Sequence record: KX397373.1
DNA: 64,000 nucleotides
Strand: one strand, 5' to 3'
Part shown: piece by piece, positions 58,777-64,000 of the stretch
How positions within the stretch are numbered: the first letter of the stretch is position 1
Layout: each line of letters opens with the position of its first letter
Notes under the pieces: generated by a model
What the model saw: only the letters and a program-made list of their open reading frames with translations
Database searches by the model: none
What the model was told of the DNA's origin: nothing
Made by a program: the position numbers and the translations under genes

Positions 58777-60151
58777 ATTTCTGTAATGAGCGAATCAGGA
58801 AATACAACAGCAACGCATTACGCAATGCAGCAAGCGCAGACTCGTGACGGATGTGAGTTTCCTTGGCAGCCAGTTTCTCAATCCGGGTACGCAACGACAA
58901 CACGTACGGGTTCGGGGATTTTGATGCCTGGTACAGGGAACGCATCCGCAGCAGTACCGTGCCTGCATCGTTGAAGTTCAAGCGACTGCTCACGACTTCG
59001 TCAAATGCATGGGACAGGGTGTCTTCCATGATGCTGTTAATCTCATCACGCTTCTTACCCAGGGGCAGTCCGGCGATGTAACTCAGCAGCTGCTTGAGGG
59101 CCGCAGGCGATGCCTTCGGAACCATCTCCAGCACCACGCGAGCCAACTCTTCCTTGTACAGGTTGTTGATGTCGTAAGAGGCATCGAACAGGTTCTGCTT
59201 GGCAATGTCCAGGGCACCGACTTTGTCACGGATAATGGATTCACCGTCCAACTCAATACGAGAGGACTGAATCACCATGCGGCTGTTTTCCCGACGTACC
59301 CGGTCTAACACGGCGTAGTAGTCTTTCACGGTCTGTTTGGTACGAGTGTTCAAGTCCGTGATAAACCGCAGCACCAAGTCCGGGGTGTCGTAGCGCTTGA
59401 CCGCATCGTAGTTCGGGTAGTCTGGTGAGCAGAAATACTCCGCACGCTCCTGCATGTGCAAGCCCCAGTTGCCCAGACGACGAATGTCAAACTTTAACGA
59501 CAGCATCGAGTAGGTCACCTCGGCCGCATTCATATCCACCGGTTTCGGGAAGAAGTGGTAGTAGATACTCGAGTAGAATTTGAACTGGAGAATCACCACC
59601 AGATCAACCGCCGCATTACGAATCTCTTTGTCGCTGAATTTCGGGAACATCAAATGCAGCAGATAAGTAATGGTCAGGTTGAAGGTGTCCCCGGCCACGT
59701 TCCAGTCGGTGTTGATGGCTTCGGCTTCTTTGATAAGCTCGGCCAAGAAGTCTTCGTCGACTTTCAACACTTCTTCGAACAGGCGGTTACGGTCGGAGTC
59801 GTAAAAACGAATCTGGTGCACGCCCAACAGGTTCGACCCACGCCACTCGACGTTGCCGTCACGGCCCAGAATCGATGCAACGTACATCCGCATCCGCTGC
59901 GCCATCTTACGGTCAATCACCACGCCCTTAAAGGCGTTGTCAAACGCTTTACGCAAGCGGTCATTCTTAAGGGCTTCGGTGGCAACCACCATCCCCATCG
60001 GAACATATCCGCCAAACCCGTAATCGTAGTACAATCCGGTGGCGAAAGAACCGTCGTCAAAGAAGGGGTCACGACCGTGTCTTTCACGGGCAACTTTTAC
60101 CTCGGGACTCGCGTAAAGTCCTGATGCAAAATCATAAACTAGATCGGACAT
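58775..60151 (-). CDS. Putative virion protein
   Basis: AGAGG RBS before ATG 60151 (track start 60376 overshoots); N-terminal ATE could be a protease site. Confidence 0.55.
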   Translation of the reverse strand: MSDLVYDFASGLYASPEVKVARERHGRDPFFDDGSFATGLYYDYGFGGYVPMGMVVATEALKNDRLRKAFDNAFKGVVIDRKMAQRMRMYVASILGRDGNVEWRGSNLLGVHQIRFYDSDRNRLFEEVLKVDEDFLAELIKEAEAINTDWNVAGDTFNLTITYLLHLMFPKFSDKEIRNAAVDLVVILQFKFYSSIYYHFFPKPVDMNAAEVTYSMLSLKFDIRRLGNWGLHMQERAEYFCSPDYPNYDAVKRYDTPDLVLRFITDLNTRTKQTVKDYYAVLDRVRRENSRMVIQSSRIELDGESIIRDKVGALDIAKQNLFDASYDINNLYKEELARVVLEMVPKASPAALKQLLSYIAGLPLGKKRDEINSIMEDTLSHAFDEVVSSRLNFNDAGTVLLRMRSLYQASKSPNPYVLSLRTRIEKLAAKETHIRHESALAALRNALLLYFLIRSLQK

Positions 60152-60164
60152 GGCATGAACCTCT

Positions 60165-60189
60165 AAAAAATTACGGATAGATATTATCC
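60165..60189 (+). promoter_or_regulatory. Putative phage early promoter (A-tract then ATAGATATTATC)
   Basis: Third copy of the recurring intergenic motif. Confidence 0.55.
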
Positions 60190-60224
60190 TTTTGATAGTA
60201 GTATACCTAAAGGAGATTTTTCCC

Positions 60225-61358
60225 ATGAAGAAATATGAACGCAAAGCAACGTGGCACAAAGCGCTACGTTCCGGTACGATATCAAAAGACCAGGATGTAA
60301 AGATGTGGGTATTGCCACACGGGGTTATCTGTGAGTTAGCCCGTGTTGGGGGTATGCCGATTCTACGCAACGGCAACTATGACGCCGTCAATTCTTTCCT
60401 GGCGAAAACACTGTCTGATGCGGGCATTGAAAACGAGGTGCTGTTTTATACCACCCGTGTTATCCCGCAGACGTTATCGCGTTGGCTTACACACTGGTTG
60501 TCGACAGACCCCGGTGAAAACGATCCAGAGCTGAGTTCCGTTACCGTTACCACAATGGGACAATATCCGCAGAAACCTTTACCCTTTCAGGTTAACGTGG
60601 TGGAGCCAGTTCTGGTGAAAGCAGGGGCTGTGTTTGAGAACATCAAACAGAAATCCCGTAATAACGCCGTCTCTCAATTTATCGTTGAGGCGAACGGTGT
60701 GCAATACCGACTAGAACCGGTGCGTAACACCACCGGGAAAATCATTGACTGCACAGAGTACGGCTACGTGGTCCGCACACCCACAGGTCACACTTTCCTG
60801 GCAACTATGATCTCTCGTCGCATCCAGTCGCAGCTAAAACATTACAATGTGCGGCCGGACGATCTTATCGGTACCGAAGTTAAGATCGAATATACGATGT
60901 TTACCGAAGGGACTCGACTGTGCAACTTCAAGTCTTCGATAATTTATCGAAGCATTGCCCTGGATAACATGGGCGACTCTTACCCTGCCACATACGATGG
61001 CCCGAACCTCTTTAAGCAATTACCAGGCGGTAGCAATCCAGCGCTCTTGACTGTAACGCGTTGCGGCCGTGCGGATATTGCGCTAAGAGAAGGGACAATT
61101 TATGGCATTGAGCGGGAGTCCGGTGAGACCCTCTTTAGATTTGAACCTGGCGTATCGCATGGTTTGTATGCGGCGCAGTTCGAACACAAAGGGGTGACCG
61201 AAACCTGGCGTTTCGTATCTGAGTTTGCTGTGGATGTTATAGACCCGACCGCATTCGTGGAGAGTGTGGCTACCCAAATCTTTGGGGCAACGGGCTATAG
61301 TCTACAAAGGCTTGGACTGTGTTACGCTGAAACCGAACCACAGTCAATGGAAACTTAA
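60225..61358 (+). CDS. Hypothetical protein, possible degenerate ATP-dependent DNA ligase fold
   Basis: AAGGAG RBS; OB-fold-like segment LIGTEVKIEYTMFTEGTRL; no KxDG motif. Confidence 0.5.
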   Translation: MKKYERKATWHKALRSGTISKDQDVKMWVLPHGVICELARVGGMPILRNGNYDAVNSFLAKTLSDAGIENEVLFYTTRVIPQTLSRWLTHWLSTDPGENDPELSSVTVTTMGQYPQKPLPFQVNVVEPVLVKAGAVFENIKQKSRNNAVSQFIVEANGVQYRLEPVRNTTGKIIDCTEYGYVVRTPTGHTFLATMISRRIQSQLKHYNVRPDDLIGTEVKIEYTMFTEGTRLCNFKSSIIYRSIALDNMGDSYPATYDGPNLFKQLPGGSNPALLTVTRCGRADIALREGTIYGIERESGETLFRFEPGVSHGLYAAQFEHKGVTETWRFVSEFAVDVIDPTAFVESVATQIFGATGYSLQRLGLCYAETEPQSMET

Positions 61359-61368
61359 GGAGCACCCT

Positions 61369-61878
61369 ATGTTTACTGCGCCAACCATGCTCTCTGGTAG
61401 CAGCCTGCGAGTAGCGTGCCAAGATGCACGCCTCATGGAACTCTGCGATCAGAGCATACTTACTGCGATGATGACCCACAACCCTTTAGGTGACTACGGA
61501 AATACCAGCGAGATATTGGCCGTTGCTGCCGTGCTCCGTCGTATTTACGGTCATTTCACAATCGTGGATCTGTGTGACTTTATTGACAACCATACCGATT
61601 TAGCGAAAGGGTTGGTGGCGTTAACACAAGACGGTGTATCAAGCTTTGATAGCGGCATCGGCAACTTTTTGGATATTGGCTCGGGCTTTGACTCGGGGAT
61701 GATGTTTATCACCCGTGAACGCTATGTGGCCGTTTGGGAATTCATGGCGAAGATGGGCGTGAACGTGCCGTCTAAGATCATGTACTACCCGACTCACGAT
61801 TTGAATATCTTCGGTGAGCCAGGACTCTGGGTAAAACCCGTGCACCTGGGACTTGACGGACTGACCGTCAAGTGTTAA
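61369..61878 (+). CDS. Hypothetical protein
   Basis: AAGGAG RBS before ATG 61369. Confidence 0.7.
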   Translation: MFTAPTMLSGSSLRVACQDARLMELCDQSILTAMMTHNPLGDYGNTSEILAVAAVLRRIYGHFTIVDLCDFIDNHTDLAKGLVALTQDGVSSFDSGIGNFLDIGSGFDSGMMFITRERYVAVWEFMAKMGVNVPSKIMYYPTHDLNIFGEPGLWVKPVHLGLDGLTVKC

Positions 61879-61888
61879 GTATCCAACG

Positions 61889-61926
61889 CGCACTCTCTTC
61901 GGGGGGTGCGCAACACTTTTTTATTT
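61889..61926 (+). terminator. Intrinsic terminator
   Basis: CGCACTCTC-TTCG-GGGGGTGCG followed by a T-rich tail. Confidence 0.75.
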
Positions 61927-61943
61927 CCTAAAGGATAACGAGT

Positions 61944-62492
61944 ATGTTCCAATTGTTTAAAGACGTGTTCTCCCTGACCTCGACCCCGCACATCTCCCTG
62001 GCAGAGAACTGGCAGGAGGACATCGCCAACCAAATGCGTGACCTGGTACGTACTGACCGCATGGAGAATCGTTACGTGGTGTGGTACAAGGACGACAAGC
62101 CGTATTTCATCTTTGTGGTCGCGCCTGCCGAGGATCGCCATTACCTCTACGTCAAAGAGCACCTCAGTGACGAAATCGTCAACGGGCTACGCGGTGCATT
62201 AAGCGAAGAGGGGGATGTGAGCAAATACATCCTGTGCAGCGATTTAAGGACACCAATCGAATTAGCGGCGGCAACGTTCCAGGGAGTGGCTATCGACATC
62301 CCAGGGAGCGTTACAGACGACGTAATCGTGCAATTCATCGGAAGCGCCGGGGAGGAGGTTGTCCGTCATCGGAAAACGCTGGCCCCTGGTCTGTCACCGG
62401 TGTTGTTCCTGTCGGGTAATTTCACTGTCGAGGACATTGCCGAACTTGAACAAGCGGGTTTCAAGTTGGGTAATCTTCTGTACAAATTTTAA
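61944..62492 (+). CDS. Hypothetical protein
   Basis: 182 aa, AAGGA RBS. Confidence 0.75.
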   Translation: MFQLFKDVFSLTSTPHISLAENWQEDIANQMRDLVRTDRMENRYVVWYKDDKPYFIFVVAPAEDRHYLYVKEHLSDEIVNGLRGALSEEGDVSKYILCSDLRTPIELAAATFQGVAIDIPGSVTDDVIVQFIGSAGEEVVRHRKTLAPGLSPVLFLSGNFTVEDIAELEQAGFKLGNLLYKF

Positions 62493-62498
62493 CCAATT

Positions 62499-62528
62499 GG
62501 GTGCCTTCGGGTGCCCTTTTATTTTTTT
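62499..62528 (+). terminator. Intrinsic terminator
   Basis: GGGTGCC-TTCG-GGTGCCC followed by a T-rich tail. Confidence 0.85.
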
Positions 62529-62536
62529 GCCCTGCT

Positions 62537-62571
62537 CACTTTTTAACCAATGTTTGTACACTTTTTAACCA
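62537..62571 (+). repeat. 13-bp direct repeat CACTTTTTAACCA, two copies, 22-bp period
   Basis: Copies at 62537-62549 and 62559-62571; partial TTTTAACCAA at 62487. Confidence 0.8.
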
Positions 62572-62771
62572 GCGCCAAAAAGCCCCCTGAAAAGCTCTCT
62601 GAGGAGATTTACTCTGACCCGGTACGTTTGGGTGCCTGCCCCCCTTTCGTCGCCGTGACGTGGCTTACAGGACGCGTGCGCCCCATCCCCGGTTCGCCGA
62701 GCCGACCGCCGCGACGATCAAAATATCATGTACGCTTCGCGTTGGAATGGATTGGGAGACTGGATCGATTT

Positions 62772-63107
62772 GTAATTCGCATCTCTGCGAATTACCTTCG
62801 AGTGCTTTTCCTGGCTTACTGCCTATCCGGCCCTTAAGGCCGGGATTATTTAAAAATTTCCTTTTTAAATTAGTGACTTACGTCACTCACTGATTTCAGG
62901 TTTTGATCTTCGTCGGATCTCTTTCATTATACGCGCGTACGCGCACACCCGTATCCTCCAGGATCTTTTAATATATATTTATTATTAATATTATTAATAT
63001 CTTTAGATATTATTAAATATATTAAAATATATTAATATCTTTAGATATATTTAAAAGATCTTAAAACGCGTGGGTGTGCGCGTGATCCTTATTACGAGAT
63101 CGTGATC
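62772..63107. other. Origin-like element: palindrome series, ~94% AT core, inverted repeats, GATC cluster
   Basis: 62966-63066 has 6 G/C in 101 nt; flanked by ACGCGCACACCC/GGGTGTGCGCGT and GATCTTTTAA/TTAAAAGATC inverted repeats; 19-bp direct repeat inside. Confidence 0.55.
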
Positions 63108-63159
63108 GGGGGGAGGGGAGGAATTATTTTTTACAAGACTTCCCAGTAGTGTGACAAGT

Positions 63160-64000
63160 TGACCCCGATGGCATTACGGGAAAGCCACTCTCGACCGAGG
63201 ATGAGTCTCAGTGTAGCGTGTGTGCGAAATGGGAGTGGCGCTTTTTCAACGAACGAATCTTACAGGCTGGTAGGATGGAAGGGGAAACCTAGCGACCCTC
63301 AGAGTCGCAAACTGCTGTGTGTTGGCTCCGCCCCTGGGGTAAAACCTCGGGGCGATTTTTTTTCTCCCGAAATCGAATTACGAGTTTGTTTAGTTATATG
63401 CGAATAGTTTCCTCGAACGTCACTGCTTGGGGATAGCTGATTTTCTGCGGATGCAGAGCTCCACCCTGGTCTTCACCAGCCAGGGTGCTTTTTCGAGAAT
63501 TCCTATCGTGGGAGCCCTCGAGAAAGCAAATCGCTCAGCCTAACACTGTTGGTTTGTTTAGTATGTTCGGCAAAAAGTGTTTCGCGACACTTCGAACGGG
63601 TGGTTCCGAGCGGGGAAACTTTGAACCACCCACCCATTCAGGTATCGGCTTTTTGCAATCGGCCTTTGGTCGTGATGCATGACGCTTTCACCGTCACACA
63701 TGTGCCGGTACCGTGGCAGCTCCAGATGCGGGACTTCGAGTATACGCCGTTGAACTTACCTCCGGTAGTCCTCGTCGTTCCCGCCCTGGGGTGCGGCCAA
63801 TCCGAATTCGGCGTTGCGTCGATAGGGGTCTGCGTGTAGAACCGCAGGCTTGGGGTTACTCCCGAAGGAGAGTGGTCCATATCTTGGCGGCTCGGGAAGA
63901 CGAGAGGGGTGGATGTCCTCGTTGGGAAACGACGATGTCTGGCTGAATAAAATTTACAGGTTAGCCGTTGGGTATGTTAAACAACCCACGGAGAACTGCA
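63160..64000 (+). ncRNA. Candidate structured non-coding RNA region, family unidentified, runs to the window edge
   Basis: No RBS-supported ORF; more than 10 stems, several with G-U pairs or GAAA-type loops; TTAGTATG motif at 63558. Confidence 0.4.

Noticed and set aside
62550-63946. Short track ORFs (60-96 aa) in the terminal region
   Set aside because: Overlapping on both strands, no convincing RBS, atypical composition; a small real peptide cannot be fully excluded.
1-64000. tRNA genes, CRISPR arrays, IS elements, homing endonucleases, inteins, reverse transcriptases
   Set aside because: No cloverleaf with T-loop, repeat-spacer array, transposase/HNH/GIY-YIG/LAGLIDADG or YxDD motif was found by eye; RNAP and terminase ORFs are uninterrupted.

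Overview
The window is a 64-kb segment of a phiKZ-related jumbo myovirus. Gene content and order match, from recall and not from a search, the SPN3US/phiEaH2-like enterobacterial group of the nucleus-forming Chimalliviridae lineage; chimallin itself is not in this window. It encodes four pieces of the split virion RNA polymerase, a 2381-aa tape measure with a lytic transglycosylase domain, prohead protease, tail sheath and tube, baseplate-type genes and the large terminase. It also has UvsX, RNase H, a DEDD exonuclease, a probable spanin pair, and nucleotide-handling genes (ThyA, MazG-like, CYTH, NADAR-like, HAD, HD). The most unusual observations are five. (1) An unannotated 51-aa gene with its own terminator ends in DDGCAGGACKI, nearly identical to the redox-active C-terminal tail of enterobacterial ribonucleotide reductase NrdA. 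(2) A catalytically degenerate MazG paralog lies near an intact MazG-like gene, with thyA between them. (3) A NADAR-like gene overlaps a CYTH gene. (4) A DNA-ligase-like protein lacks the KxDG motif. (5) A ~1.5-kb gene-free end region holds an origin-like AT-rich, GATC-rich palindromic element followed by a hairpin-dense candidate ncRNA. All homology calls come from motif recognition by eye; no database search was run. Start codons were adjusted to RBS-supported positions where the ORF track overshoots.
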